This document shows positions 1 through 14,803 of a DNA stretch of 64,000 nucleotides, in pieces. The translations under genes were made by a program, and so were the position numbers. The notes beneath the pieces were generated by a model. The model was not told where the DNA came from. It ran no database searches and was given only the letters and a program-made list of their open reading frames with translations. How positions within the stretch are numbered: the first letter of the stretch is position 1; each line of letters opens with the position of its first letter. Where the stretch lies: contig NC_081331.1 in assembly GCF_022539665.2 (NCBI RefSeq), positions 2,604,001-2,668,000 on the forward strand, given 5' to 3'. Source of the DNA: Daphnia carinata. Taxonomy: Eukaryota.

Positions 1-190
1 GTTTGGGTCTGATGAATGTTGTTTGCAAACATGTTTTGCTGGAATTTCTTTTTAACTGATCCGCAATTCAAATGGCCATATAATAAATAGGTCATATAAA
101 CAGGGATTAAACATACGTCAATAAAACTGGAATGATTTCTTTCATTCACTGGGAATCTCGGTTCAATTTCAAGCAATCGAATGAGGCGAC

Positions 191-3100
191 TTAAGATTGG
201 TACTGAAGAACGGGCGTGGTCAGGTTTGCCGAGTGGGCGGAGTTCATGCGCAGCGCAGTCAAGCTTTTGTTGTACCATTCGTCCTCGGATGTCATGCCTG
301 CTGTGGAAAAATATGAATACATTTTCTTTTTTGTTTTAATTCATTTCATTTCGTAGAAGAAACCGCAAATATTATTAATCCATCATCGGCGTTCATCCTA
401 TAGTTCTGTACCGTTTTTCTCGTTTTAAGTTAACGAATATTTCAAATAAAAAAAAGGAACTTACTCATGGAATCTTGGCGTACAGTTGGCATATGAGGCG
501 GAGTATGAGCTGAAACTCCGAATGGTTGTGCCATCGACGTGTAAGCAGCCGCAGCGCTATGGTTCATCTGGGTCAAATCCGACAAGTACTGCGAGAATTC
601 ATTCTATGAGTTCAAATTCTTGAATTTATATCGACTCGGATAGTCAGATAACTCGATCACACTATACATACTTGTGGATATCTGTTCATCTGGAAGGTAT
701 TGGGATGAGGATAGGGTTGATATCCGCGACTAGCCGTCGGGTAAATGTTCCTCATCATGGCGGCTCCATTGCAGGCCGGCAGAACGGACGGAGCCAGAGC
801 TTTTTGCAATTGTTTCTCCTGTTTGCGATACTTGGCGCGGCGATTCTGGAACCAAACCTAAGAGAAAAGAAACAATTTAGTGACAAGATTCCAGACAGCA
901 ATAAAAAAACCTGAATTATTCATTCTTCTCAATTCACTAATGCATTCATAATATTCATGACATGTACTTCCCCTGTTCTTTTTTTCAAGTGGCTGTCCCT
1001 ACACACGACTGGAACACCCTCTCTAGGTAGGAGATCCCCCTCTCTTGCGCAGCACTTTGCCAGTAGAAGCGGAAGAGACCCTCGTCCACAGCTCGCCGAG
1101 CTCGAATTGCTTAATAAAGTGAAAAAGCCCTCCCGCAGAGCACACATGACTGTATTTCAAGCCGGCGACACCCTAATCAAGCCATATATGGCGTGTACCA
1201 CAGATCGCGGCGGCGGTCATCTGACTGTCAACCAGTCGCCTAATCCGCCTGCTGTTGTACGAAACCGCGGTATATACTCGAAGCACGGTGAATTTGAGCA
1301 GTCTCGAGACACTGATTCAGTGCACGTGCATTTTTTGGTTGTACTCCACCTTCTGGCGTTATTTCGGGACTTCTGAGAGCCCTCCTTGAATTTCAGACGT
1401 AAACCCATTTTCTTTCTATGGCAAATTCAATGCATTTGAGCAGCTCAGTAAAATGACATTTGATGGCCTGACAATGTCTATCAATACCCGGCGATTGGAT
1501 CAGTTTAGCATGCTACAGAATTGAGATACATGTGCGTTTATTTACCTGAATGCGAGCTTCATTGAGTTTGGTGACGCGAGCCAGTTCTTCGCGGCAATAA
1601 ATGTCCGGATAGTGACTCTTGGCAAACGCTGCCTCCAGCTCTTGTAACTGCTCCTATTCGTTTACAAATGAAGACATAAGTCTATGATTTTAAGGTTATT
1701 GCACTGTAATATCAGATTAGAGTTCGTTATTTTTCTAAAGTTATATTAAGCAACTCGATGCAATGAAACCGTAACATTCGGAAGAATTCAATGTTTCTTA
1801 TTACATCATATTAACTCTATTTCAAGTCAAGTACGGCCATTCTTCGAATCTGAAACTAACTGTAGCAAAAGCATTTTTGACAATTAAAAGATTTTGTATA
1901 ACCAAAATTCAATAGAGCTTAGGCCTCTCGTCATTAACGCTAACCATTAAACGGCATTTCATTGAATTGCCTAGATTTATAATTAGTCTAACGAATAAAT
2001 TTAAAACGAAAAATAAATATTAGCTTGAAATATAACGTATGATATCTACTTGAGTGAAGGTAGTGCGGTGTCGACGACGTGCAGGAGTGGGACAAGCAGC
2101 CGCCGTCGGGTTGTGGATGTGCGAATTGCCGACGCAGCTATTCGATCCTCCGCCTCCTCCAGGACCGACGCCACCGAGCGAAGAGCTTTCCGACTTGAGT
2201 TTTTTGAAAGCGCCTTCGGGGCCTTTACATAAAGGGGAAATTTTTTAAATTGTATTTCTTCTTTTATTCACAATAGTTTCTCTTTGTATGTACAACACTT
2301 CTCAGTAGATCGAGGCCTAAAGCAATACAACATGCAAATAGATCATCAAATGAAGAGCAAAAAAAAAGAATGACGGTGCTCACGTCCTCTCATTTTCTAT
2401 TTATAGATGTTCGCATATGCGACAATCTCATTCTTTCACACGAAAATTGCATTTTAAACACTTTGTATTTCGCCCCTTCTGAGTTCAAGAGCTTGATGCT
2501 ATTCGCACTTGAGAAAAGAGTCAAAAAAAGAATTGAATCTTCTGCCATCGAGAGGTTACATCAACATGCTGGCCACTTGGTATTTGCTATTGTGTATCTC
2601 TTTTATCGGAATATAGTAAAAATGATTAAGAGCACCGTTTCTATTCAGATCGTCGCTTATTTGTTTAAGCCTTTGGTGTTACCCTCCACTGTGTAACGAC
2701 ACACTGTAAAAGCAGCTTGACGGATTGTACTTGACTGCCCGTCTCTGTGTACGTATTTTAGGGGTCGAGGGGATCCTCTTAATCCTCCCCAGTTTCAATA
2801 GAAAATTCAAAGAGTGTATATGTAACGGGGTACAAAGAAGAGCACACACACAAAAAAAGAGTTACAGGATCTGATGGGGCTTTAAATAAAAGGGACATGA
2901 TTGACCCCAGAGGTCGGCAGATGGCCCAGTCCGGACAACTCTTTGAATCTGGAATCCCGCAGCGTGCTCTTACATGTTGTATTTTAATAGAGTCTTTTTT
3001 TTTGTACAGCAAAAAAAGTGTTGAAAGAGATTCAAAGAACTGACAAATGATGGGGGTTAACCTAACTGACTGGCACAAAGAAAGAAACCCATCAGTTGAA

Positions 3101-5012
3101 AAAAAGAATTGATGTAGTCCTGATTGGCGACGCCAATTGACGTCTACGATAAAAAGAAAAGGAAGAAAAATCCTGTATAATTAGGCCGAATGGAGGAATG
3201 CTAATTGACAACCTGTTCTCTTCAGAAAGGCGTCAGGTCATTTTTTTTTTTAACATCGTTCACGATCATTATTAATTCCGCCACGACTACACATGTCGTT
3301 CGAAATTCCAATGTCGTTCAATTTTCTTTGTCAAGTCATAGGCCTAGACCCTTTTACTATCAAGTGGACCAGCTGTCATTTCCCTTAATAGGTCCTTACT
3401 TCTTTGAAATTAAAATATGGAATGAGATAGTTTCATACCTAGGACTGCCAACACACGTAACGTTGGTAATAATGTACTGAATTGAAATATTCGCCAGCCA
3501 ACACAATTTCAAGTGTTCAACAACACGTCAAGACAAGGACTGTTCACCTTGCCTCTCTTTTGCTACGTCTGGTTGTTTTTCACCTGGGGTGTTTTGATTT
3601 GCAAGGATTTTACGGACCCATCCCTTGGTCCGAGTGAACCATTAAGTTCTCATTAGTTTACGGGGATGGGTTGTGGGAATGTTAAAAATAAAAAAACAGA
3701 GATAAGGATGAGGTTAGAAAAGTTTTCCTAGATATTGTGCTAGCAAAAGTCAGTTTGACTGGAGCGTCTCAACTGTTCCATCAACTCAATTATTCGATTT
3801 TCAGAGGAAAGCAACGGTAAGTGCAGCGGCCAATCAAATGACTTTGGCTGATGGGTGAAAAAAGAAAGTTTTTTTAGACGTTTCCTCAGAGCACTCAACA
3901 CGGCTCACCGCCGCTGTCTGAATTTTTGCTTCCCTTTGATCTTATTGCTGCATACCTTGTGCAGTGCGGACTGGATACGCTACTGGCGGCTATACGCGCT
4001 GGATAAGTCTTTCCTTTGTCTCTATGAAACCATTGCTGTATAGTTAGACATATTCTTGAACCTCAAAAAATCGATCTTTTCATTCAGCTTTCCAACTTTA
4101 GACAAGTTTCTCGTGTAACCTTCAAAATATCCAAATGGGATCAAAAGTCTTACTTTGCCAAGCTGATCAGCAAAGACGCTTTCCAAAAGCGTTTCTATAT
4201 TTCTAATAATTTTAAAAGTTTAAAATGGAATCAGCCCGTTCTAAATTGAAAAAATAGCAACATATTGTGAATTCAATGGCAAGTTAGAAATTTGATATTC
4301 GAAGGGATCGTTGGCGCAATTGTCAATAGATGTGATGTGGCTTTTCGAAAAAAAGGGGTTTAAACTAGCCTGGTGCATGAATCGTTGAATTGATCATTTG
4401 ACACTCTTTGCAACATGATATCACTACAAGCAGCAATCTGGTGTACATTTATTTAAAAACTATTCTTTATTTTGTCCAACATCAGCCGGCCTGATTTGCA
4501 TTTACCCGATTATCAATTGACCAAGCTACGGGACACCTATTCAGCCACACGTTCTACAATTACACGCTACCAAAATAAATTTTAAAAGATTCAAATAAAC
4601 ACTTACCAGGTAGGCCGAGTGGATTTCCAGAATTCAGCAAACCTCCAGCTCCTGATTGGATGCTCTGCGAGCTGGATGTAGACGGTGCGATGCTCGTAAT
4701 AGACGAATTGCCACCACCGATCAAATTGTGATGATGAGACGAATGATGTGAATGATGATGAGACAAGCCCGCCGAATGATGATGGTGATGATGATGGTGC
4801 AAGTTCTCCAGAGCGTAGAGTGAGGTCAAGTCAGAGGTTAAGCCTGGCACGGACGTCGGGATCAGGTGCTGGCCGTTGTTGCTTCCACCTCCGCTGCAAG
4901 TCTTCCGTTTCATGTCGCCGTTATTGGAACTTTGCGGCGAAGATTCGTTACTGGTCGAATGTAGCAAACTGTTACCAAGCTCTAACTTGGACGACGACGA
5001 ATAAGATTCCAT
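191..5012 (-). CDS. unc-42: Paired-like (Q50) homeobox transcription factor, unc-42/Prop class, ~373 aa, 6 coding exons
   Basis: Exons (-): 5012-4607, 2222-2050, 1653-1546, 857-672, 603-465, 300-191. All introns are GT-AG and the frame is preserved to TAA at 193-191. Spliced homeodomain: [60 protein letters not shown], which matches my recollection of the C. elegans UNC-42 / Drosophila CG32532 homeodomain. Exon 1 has a poly-His tract. Confidence 0.88.
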
Positions 5013-8000
5013 TGCGCAATGGATAAGTGACAAGAGACGTGGGCAATCGAGCGTGAAGAAGGCGACCGATTTCAGCGGCCACCAGATAAAAAAAACGCTG
5101 ATGATCAAGTTTGATGCGGATCGTCAATTCTAATCAGTAGAAATGACGTTCATCAATATAGCTGAACAAAACCGTGAAATCGGAGCTTGAAACGGAAATG
5201 CGAGGACGTCGTGCTGTACTTTTTGTGTTTGTTGTCGTCGATAAGAGAGGAGAAAAACAAACAAACGCGCACCGTCAATAGCTTCTACGGAAAATAGTGT
5301 AACACCTGTCCAATCGCATTAGACTCTTTGGTGGTGCTGCGGCGGCTCAAATTAACTTCATCTTCGTCAGCAGGCAATGAAGGAAGGAGCAGGAGCAGAG
5401 CACTGCTGGGTACGGGGCACAAAAGTTCAGCCAACTCGGTCCGCTCCAAATCGCGCAAAACAATCACTGAACACACGATGCCCTCAATGATAAGTAACAA
5501 AGTTAGCCCGTCAGGCTCAAGTCTTATAGCACAGAGGACGGGACCCGTGACTCGGATGGATTCGGATGGTCTACGGGGAACGGCCCTCGTCCCAGTCGAA
5601 GGGGAGGAGTCCTACCATCCGATTGGATGATTCCGACGAATTCACGCTATTGCCGACGTCTGTAGCCTCCCGCATCGCAGCTGTTAGCCGAGCTCAAACC
5701 TACCCCTAGTGGCTGATTACGCGAGAGAGGGGCGGAGGCTCTCTCCTACACGTTCACTTCCTCTTTTCACGACGACCAGCGCAGACGTCGATCGTCTATT
5801 TCAACTATGGATCGAAAACGGGACGCTCCTTTCTCTATCGTCGAGTCAAATCAATAACCTGTTTTCCTTTGGTCGTATACTATTAACTATGAAGTTATAG
5901 CGTATAACACAAAAACAATGAATTAATGCAAGCCTTGTCCGTCGTTGTATAACAAACAGACTCCCCATTTGCAAACAAAATGCTCAAACGGATATGTCAT
6001 TTTTTTAATGAACGGGACCATATGAAAAATTGTACTAAAGTAATCCTTGTTTCGATTAAGGTGTGTCTTTTCTATCCTTTTGTTTTAGGTTTTCCTTTTT
6101 TTGTTGGTGACGCTATGTGTAAGGACAATTGAAAGCAGGTTGTTGCGGTCAATGCGATAATTTCATGTGTTTGCCTAAGATCATTATGGGCGAAATTGAC
6201 TACTGTGATCCAGTTGAGTACTCGTGTCTAATACATTCCATCAAACAGCAGGATGAAATTCGCTTTTCCGCACGCCGCCCGCCTCAAACGCGATTACACA
6301 ATTAGGGCCTAACAAACTATTGAAAATCGCATCAAACCAGGGCGTCATCGTTCTGTAGCCCAACGTTTTTTTATGGGTTAGATGGGCTATAAATATATGG
6401 GTTATATAGTCAGCGTTTCTTCCTGCCTCCAGGAAGTCGTACACAGAAAAAAATCTAGTTCCGAACAAACTATGTATACACACCGGACGGGAAATCCCCA
6501 TGTATGGACCGGGGTGAACGGACTATGCGCAGTGTACACATCCACAAGGATGTACGCAACACATACGGGGAAAGACATCAATGGCGTCGGCAGACAAGCC
6601 ATGCATGGCTAACTTCGTTTCACCATAGGTCATCCATCTAAATCAGCTTTTGATCAATCCTAATCGAATGGAATTGCTGACGAGTATTCCTGTTCAGCGA
6701 CAAGACATTATTAAATACGTCAGCGTTGATAACAAAAGCATCACTAATCTTTGGTACGTTACGCACTGCCATGCCTAATACATCAAAAGAGTAGATACGC
6801 TTTATAGGGATCAGACAGCAACGATGCTGCACTTATTATATTCGTATTTTTAAGGCATTACGTAATGCCCCACGTAATAGCAGGCCGAGCGTGTCAATCA
6901 AAATTGACGTGCTAATAAGCGAGCTGTTAGATAACTGCGATCACGTAATAGTTTGTAAGACTACCATTCAAAAGAATTTTGCACCTTTCATGATTGCAGA
7001 GGATGTTCTCCCTTTCTGGGCCATTCTTTTTCTGTGGTCAGGCCATCGGATTCTCAAATTGCCTTTTTTACGAGGGCTCACCTGCTGGCAGCCGGCGCTG
7101 GAGTGTGTCCGCCGCGTGTCGCACCCACCTTATTCCCCGCACTCGAAATGTTTTTAAACGATGGCACGCGACGATGAGGGTGTTGAATGTTTACATATAG
7201 TGAAAAGAGGCAATGGGGAGCTACAAACCGGCTTTGCTTGTCACAACAAACTCTGACGGTATGAATAATACGGCGTATTGTGCAGCAAGCGAGTATCTGA
7301 TTGGCCCATTGTCATCTATCTGTACAATACGAAAACGTTGACAACATAATCAATGCCATTCTGGTGCCATCCGGTTGTTGTATGGCCTCTTCCAAATATG
7401 ACCGTAGCTTTTTTGTTGGGTTCTCATGTAGAAAAGTTTGCCGTGTCAGCATTTGCAACGTACGATGTGACTCAAACGGATTTTTCTTTTAACTCACCCA
7501 GTAAAAACTTGGCCATTTATGGCAACTTTTGCCGATTGGAAACCTTTTGTTTGTGCAAATGGGGACGTTGTTTGGTTTTTCCCAAGTTTACAAATGAACG
7601 TTGGGTGCTCCAGTGTAACACATCGAAAGGCTTTGTAACAGGTTTAGTTTTACAATTAAACATCAGTTTACAATGGCTTTATTTGTAGCGTCTTTCACGA
7701 CCTGACATGAAAAGGAAGATGGATTTATATTCTGGAGAAATCTCCAGTTAAGTAGGGTTCTCTAGAATGTTGTGATGATTTGGCACAACTGAGAAATGGA
7801 GAAGAAGATATATTGCCCAGCAACGCTTACATAAATAAAATTAAAAAAAACATGCAAATATATGTTTATTTTCCCTTCAAATTCAAGTGGTAATTGTTCG
7901 CACCAATCAGTAATGAAATTGCGTTCCGTGATTACATTCAGCACTGGTAAAGTATGCCTAAGGATTGGGCCGAATAAAGTTGTTAAAATTCATTTTCGAA

Positions 8001-10619
8001 ATCTAAATTTAGCCACCTGAAAAGTGTGTTTTGATTAAACAATTTGGATAAAAATGCGTGAATGTGGCTTGCATATAATCATGGTCTACTATGCTCTTGC
8101 AAATTGGCTCCAATGCCGTGCTCGTTACTATATCCACGAGATTCCTTTTTGATTTTGCTTTGCCTCAATCGAACATTAAGTTTGATTAAAATGAACACAC
8201 GCAATGACTAAACGTCACGTTGAAATTCATGTCTCGTTTTTGAAACAGAGGAACCCAAGTTGGGATTCGGACATCTTGAAGTCTTTTTCCTACACCAACT
8301 GTGCTGACGAAATGATTTGTTTTATATTCTGGACATATTTCCAGTTAAGGCAGGCAGATAGATATTTTGGATTGCGAACGAGCCGTTTACTTTACAAATT
8401 AGGTCCAGTTTCACCAAGACAAAAATCTTTCAAGGACCTAAATTGTTTAACTGACGCGTAAAGCACAAAATATCCTATTTTAAACAACACGGATCTCCTA
8501 TTATAATGGAATTCAGTTATGAATGGCTGTTGATAATGTTCCCATTGCATTATCAACCGGGCAATTCACGAAACGGCACAAGATATGGAAGCCATATCAA
8601 ATCTGAAAGCGTCCTAGAGTAACCGAAAATGTTCTTTTTCAAAAAACGAATAATTATAATCGCTAACTATAGATAAGCTGACTTTTGTTTGCATATTTAC
8701 ATACTAAATCCATCCAGAAGTGATTCACCGTTCGTGTTACTTTTATTTCTTGATAACGTCATCGGCCGTTTATGTTTGTCACGATGACGGCTCCACTTGC
8801 CGGAATAGAGAAATTCGAATGAAGTCGTCCACCGCCATCAAATGTCATATTTACCTTTCCTATAGATGTCATCCTTTTATCGTCGTCCTATATCTGTATT
8901 TCAAAGTCCCCACTTCATCATAAGAAAATCCGGAACGTCAAAGGCAAAAAGTACAAAAAATAAGAGACGTGGGAGGGAGATGTTTCGGTTGAGGAGGAAA
9001 CAGCGACGTCGATGAGAGAGAAATAAAAAAAAATGTATCAAAACTCGTTTCCTTTTTCCTTTTCAAATGTCGCCTTACCCTCAAGAAATGAGGAGAGCTT
9101 ATGTATACGGAAAAGGAGGGGAAGATCTTTTTTTTTAAAGATATATTTACGAAAAAAGAAAATAAACTGAACAAAAAAAGAACGACAGAGTCTACACATA
9201 TAGTCACGAGAGTCTCCGAATCTTTAAAAAGAGAGTCTTTTTATTTTTTTTCATTTCTTTATTGAACGACGGGCGGATCTCTTTGTGAAGAGGAGACGAT
9301 CGAGCAGCATCAGACGCCCGCTCCATCGGTGCGCGATTTGGCAATCAAGACTCGGTAAGTGGAAAGGAGGGTATAGCAAAGTGAAAAGAGAAGTCGGAGG
9401 GCACAAGAAGAGATGGATCCCCACGCAAAGAAATAAAATGTAAAAAAAAAAGGAAAAGAAAGACAGATAGAGAAACTATAGTTTATGTTTTATCCTTCCC
9501 TAAAACATGTGTTTCTCTGTTGTTCCGGCAGTGGGAAGAAGAAAGAACGGCTTTGTTTTTTAGTGGGTTGTACATCAAACATAAAAAGCCCAGAACGTTT
9601 CAAAGAGAAATGACACAATTTGTGGGAGACGGGCGGGTTGACTAACGCGACAAAGTGTAACAAAAATACATTTTTCCTTTTAAGCCGCAATAAAACATCA
9701 AAATAAAGCAAATTCCCCTTACACACGTATTTTTGTATGCAAATCATTTAGCCTCGGTGTGTGTGTGTGTGTGTGTATGTGTCAGGATCCGCAGAATAGA
9801 GAGGCCCACCTAGCCGAAAGTAGAGAGAGCATTAAACATGCAGCGACAAATTTATGTGACAGCCGTGACAGGTGGTGGACTAATAGACCAACTCCATTGA
9901 TAACACAGCGGGAGATTCAAAAGCTTTGGCGCGGGCGCACAGGTTTCATTCACGGCGCTTCATCGAGGGTTGCGATATATAGTTGATGTATATATTATAG
10001 ACTCTACATAGCCTTGGCTATTACTGACCTTTGACCGAGCCCTCCCCTCTACTTCTTTTTTTATTTCGAATTTTCTCTCTCCTCCTATATGGTTAGCTAC
10101 TTTGTAACTCTATTCACGGAGACCTGACACGCCCACACACATGGCAACGCAGCAGTGCGTTCTATTATGAATTCATTCTTCTTTTTCTCTCTTCTCGGAT
10201 GCATGCCGATTTGGTATGTACGCTGCGTTATTCCCACTTCCTATATTTTTTCCGGCTAATATAGTAGGGATGTTGCCATTAAATAGCTACTCCAGAGTCC
10301 ACTCTTATTTAAAAGGCATCAACAGCCACTTGTTTTTTCCCCGATTAACTGAAACAAAGATCCTCGCACTGGATCCCCTCGAACCTTCTTTTAAGTTTGC
10401 GATCTATTATTATGCGCATTATTATTCGACTTCGGGATTGCGATCTACATAGAGGGGAAGAATAAGAAGGGGAAATAAAGAAAATCGACTTCTATATACG
10501 CATACATGTATATACGTATATATTATATATATATATACTATATAGAGATGTATATACATGGACGGAAGTGTGTGCTCTCCTGCCAGAGGATCGAGATGGA
10601 GCGCTAGAGGCGAGAGCGA

Positions 10620-10640
10620 AAGAGAGAGAGAGAGAGAGAG
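10620..10640. repeat. (AG)n microsatellite
   Basis: Direct reading of the dinucleotide run. Confidence 0.85.
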
Positions 10641-13466
10641 CTAACATGGTTGTCAGAGAAGGCACGAGTGACTTGAGGGGAGGTTTTGCTGCGAAATGCA
10701 AGGGAGGAGGAAGGTAATTTCATTACCCGACAACTCGGCGAGGCAGCCCCATATCCCTCTATCTCTTCTTCGGCTCTCCCAGAAGCAACATCCCCCTCTC
10801 TTTTTGCCTTTCCTCCCTCAAGCCCTTTCATCATGCCGTCCTCTCTTCCCTTTTCCAATAGACTTCTCTCTTTTTCTTCTTCATCTTCTTTTCCTATTTA
10901 TCGTCTATTTCTTTTTACGTGTACACGCAGACACAGCCCTATATATCAGGAATATACAAGTAACTCTCTAGTATATATATAACAATCTCGAAAACACTGC
11001 AATGCATTTGATGTATTTGTTAAATGTTTCGATCGCATAGATATTATAGTGATATGTTTTTTGAATCACGCGTTTATTTGAATGCGTTTTATTTGCAATA
11101 TTCACGTGGGTAATATGATTACTATGACTTATTCTTCAGGTGTCGGTAAGCCTAATCATTTATTTAACTAGCCCTTTTTTTTTATAGAATTAATGAAACG
11201 CAATTCTGTACGCTTCTATAGGTAACGACGACTAACATTAAACGACTTTTGTTGTAAAGCGTGACGGCATGCGTTTTGTGTACATACACGTTAAATATAT
11301 GTAAACACTTGTCTAGAGAGTCTAAACTTCTCTATTATGCCGCTCTATAGCATCAGGGCAATGTTCAAACGAAATGCTGGTGATGGACTCTTGCAGCATC
11401 AAAGATGTCGCTTGTGTGTATCGCTGTTGTTGTGGAATAGACAACGGAGCAACGAGACTGCGTCATGAAAATAGAACGAGAGTCACTTGAAATTCAATAG
11501 CGCTCGCCATTATTTATACATAAGAACAAGAAAGAGCGTCGACGACGTATAGATGGTGAGCAAGAAGACTTGGTGGAGATGCCATCAATCAATACTGGAG
11601 GAGGTCCCTCGACGATATGATAAAGTGCCGCGTCCTTTTGCTCCCGCTTTGCTGGCCACGTACATGAGGGGAAAGGCATGTCGACGTCGTCAAGGCAACC
11701 AGTTTCGTAGAATACGCCTTCTTTCTCGCCATCTTGGCTTTTCTCCAGTCCCCCTTTTTTTATATCCATCACATGTAGCTATCGTCTTTTATTTTGATTT
11801 TTTTTAGTATCCGTATCCGCCCACGTTCATCGTTTGTTATTGGTAATAAAAAAATGGTATGTGACTGCTATTCGAAAAAGCCTTTCTTAGAAACTCGCGC
11901 AAATCAATGCGTTTAAGAAGTTGTGTGTTTAAAGAGTTGTCTCACAAAATATCGAAGTAAACAAACTCAAGCGTCAATGCAGTTCCTCTTGGTTTAAAGT
12001 CACGAACGAAAACTTGGGTATTCCAAAGCTCGTTAATAAACAAGATCTCGTGCAACTTTGTATTCAAAGCTATACAAACACAGGCCTATTATTGACTTGC
12101 GGTCTTTAAATACTTGATCCCGCCTCTAACGCTCATAACTCTTCAGCGCAACCTCTTAACATCACATATAAATACACAAAACCAATAGCTATGTATGTAT
12201 TACATATTTACATCAAGAGGTTCACACCTCGATCGTGCAGACCTTGGCATCACGAGTGAAAATAGCCCCATGCAAGCAGATCGGTAAGGCGGGGCGAACT
12301 CGAATAGAGGGACTATATAAAAAAAGACTCAGAGGGTTGGATCTATAGAAAGTCTTTTTTTTATATAAATATATACTCCAATTGCTATTCCCCAAAGGTC
12401 GATAGATGGACATTGACAATGAGGGGGGGGGGAGCTACGACGAGGAGCGTATTAGCCACCAAAGAGGCATATGTACGTCACGCCTGTGCATCTGTCGCCC
12501 TTTTATCCATTCAGGTTTTGCTGCTACAATCGGGCTGAATAAAGAGGACTATATGTAACACGCTGATGATGGGGGGGGGGGGGAGGTGATGTAGCGAACA
12601 TGTACTCGATGTATCTATCTGTGTCGAAGCACTTGTTCACCACCTCATCACGATCATCATTCCCCCTCCCATCACAATCGCGAATCAATCGCCTTTTTCA
12701 CCCTCCTGCTGGGGGTTTTCCCCCTAGTTCATTTTCTTTTATCCTATCACTAACTATATATTTACTTTGAGCTATTCTTTATAGCTATTTATACGCTTGT
12801 GGTACAATAGAATACATAAAGTATAGCTCCGTAGATGTCGAAACATTCAGGTTAGTAATTTTGATTTTAAATGTTGGGATTGTCCATGAAACTTGTTTCA
12901 CATCCATCATTCTATATTTTTTGCATGTAAAACAAAATGAAATAGATTATATTACCTCAATCGAAACCGTACCCTTACATTGTCATTAAACGCATAAAGT
13001 TTTATCTTGGTTTCCAATCGCATTATATAAGCCAAGAATTTGTTTTGATTCTGTAAAAGTGAAGAAAAACGTCAAATTTGAATAGGAAGGCAATTGAAGT
13101 ATTCCAAAACGCTAGGCCAGACGTGGGTGCTAGTAAAAAAAATCAGAGTGCTGTGAATTTTCATCTCAGCAGGCCTATATTGCTGCAATGGATCATAGCC
13201 AACTACGAGAGTCGTGAATGCTACCGACGTAGCAGCCGTGACCCATAAACTGAACCAATAGGACACTGTCACGTCATATCGCACTTGCAGGCTAATCTCT
13301 AAAATCTCAGAGTGAAAGCAGATATTTATCTCTTTCAATTTGTGTCGACCTGGTTACCTACTCAGCATGCCAGTGTAATGTATAGATATACTAACAGGAC
13401 ACACGGTTGTTTCATTTGCTGTTTCTTTTACTGCGTTACATTCAAGAACGGAATAATTGGGCCGTC

Positions 13467-14577
13467 ATGTTTTCAGTCACGAAAATCATCTTGGTTTTCA
13501 GTTACGTCGCGTTTAATAATTACCAAGTGATGGCTAACGGGCAATTTCGTGGTGGACACGGATCCCACCAGCACATGAAGAATCAGCACCAACATCACGT
13601 TCCACAGCCAAAAGAAAATAGCCCTGTTGTGTCGGTTCTCCAAGACAAGGAACTAATCCACGATCACGAGTAAAAATTTACTTTAGGCCTGAAAGTATTA
13701 ATTTTTATTTAACTAGCCGTTTAAGCAAATAGTATTGCGATCTATAATTTACATAATTTTCTCTCCCAGCCCATTTCAGCCATGTTTCTTTTTTGTATTA
13801 TCAACGTCAGTAGTGTGTCCTTGGGTGCAAAATCCTGGGGGTAGGGTTACAAAAAAAGGATTTCGAAAAGAACAAAAGATTTCGTGCTTCATGTTTGGGG
13901 AAACGATTTTTCTTACCCAACCTCTTGTCTAGTTCGTTTCTTTTTTTTCAAATGAAGAGAAGGGGGTCGTAAATTTAAATATTTTTCTCTTTTCCTATTA
14001 CAGGCATTTGAAAGAAGATTTGAAAGAAGTGTACACCGAAGACGAAATTTTCAAAATGACGTCGGATGAAATTGAATTCCACTATTTCAAGTAGGCGGAT
14101 CTTTTTTTGACGCAATTAACGATAACTCATTGAAAATGGTCTTAAAAAAAAATAAGCCACAATCACATCATTTCTCACGCGTGACTAGCAGTCCTGTTTG
14201 AAGGTTACACGATTACGATAACAACAACCTGCTGGATGGTATTGAAATCATGGCAGCCATTTCGCACATTGTACCGCATGATCCTGATTTGGATTTAGGC
14301 CGGCTACCTGAGGGTAATGTCCTTACAACCGAACAACAACAGAAATTACAGACGGCCAGAGAAAGGAAGGCGGAACAACTTGAACATTTTACAAGTAAGG
14401 GCTTTATTTTCTTGCTATTCACGTACGGCAATCGGAGATCAACCAGTGCAGTTGATTAATTCAATTGAAATGATTTTTGATATAGAAATGATTGATAAAA
14501 TGGTGGAAGACAGTGACCTAGACAAAGATGGATTCATCAATTACCAAGAATATAGGGGCGCTCAGAATAAAATTTAA
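13467..14577 (+). CDS. MCFD2: Multiple coagulation factor deficiency protein 2 homologue (ER-luminal double EF-hand cargo adaptor), isoform with proximal last exon, ~190 aa
   Basis: Exons 13467-13669, 14004-14090, 14204-14394, 14486-14577. Hydrophobic N-terminus, His-rich segment, the MCFD2-type motif MTSDEIEFHYFKLHDYDNNNLLDGIE, and a second EF loop DLDKDGFINYQE. AATAAA at 14634-14639. Confidence 0.88.
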
Positions 14578-14705
14578 ACAGGGATCAACGATGTTATATT
14601 GTATTGTTTTGGGGAAATGTTTTTTAATTTAGAAATAAAATTTATGGCAAAAAAACTGTTCTTATACTTGATGATCGTATTGTTTTATTTTTTTTTTTTT
14701 TACAG

Positions 14706-14803
14706 AGATGATTGATAAAATGATTCAAGACAGTGATAAGGACAAGGATGGATATGTCAATTATCAAGAGTACAAAGGCGTCCGCCGACCAGATGGCGTT
14801 TAA
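14706..14803 (+). CDS. MCFD2: Duplicated alternative terminal coding exon of the MCFD2 homologue (EF-hand 2 variant; isoform ~192 aa)
   Basis: Strong poly-T/ACAG acceptor ending at 14705, same phase as exon 14486-14577. Encodes (K)MIDKMIQDSDKDKDGYVNYQEYKGVRRPDGV* and has its own AATAAA at 14862-14867. Confidence 0.8.

Noticed and set aside
4560..5108. 182-aa ORF treated as a stand-alone gene
   Set aside because: It is exon 1 of the homeobox gene. The likely start is ATG 5012 and it splices at the GTAAGT donor beginning at 4606.
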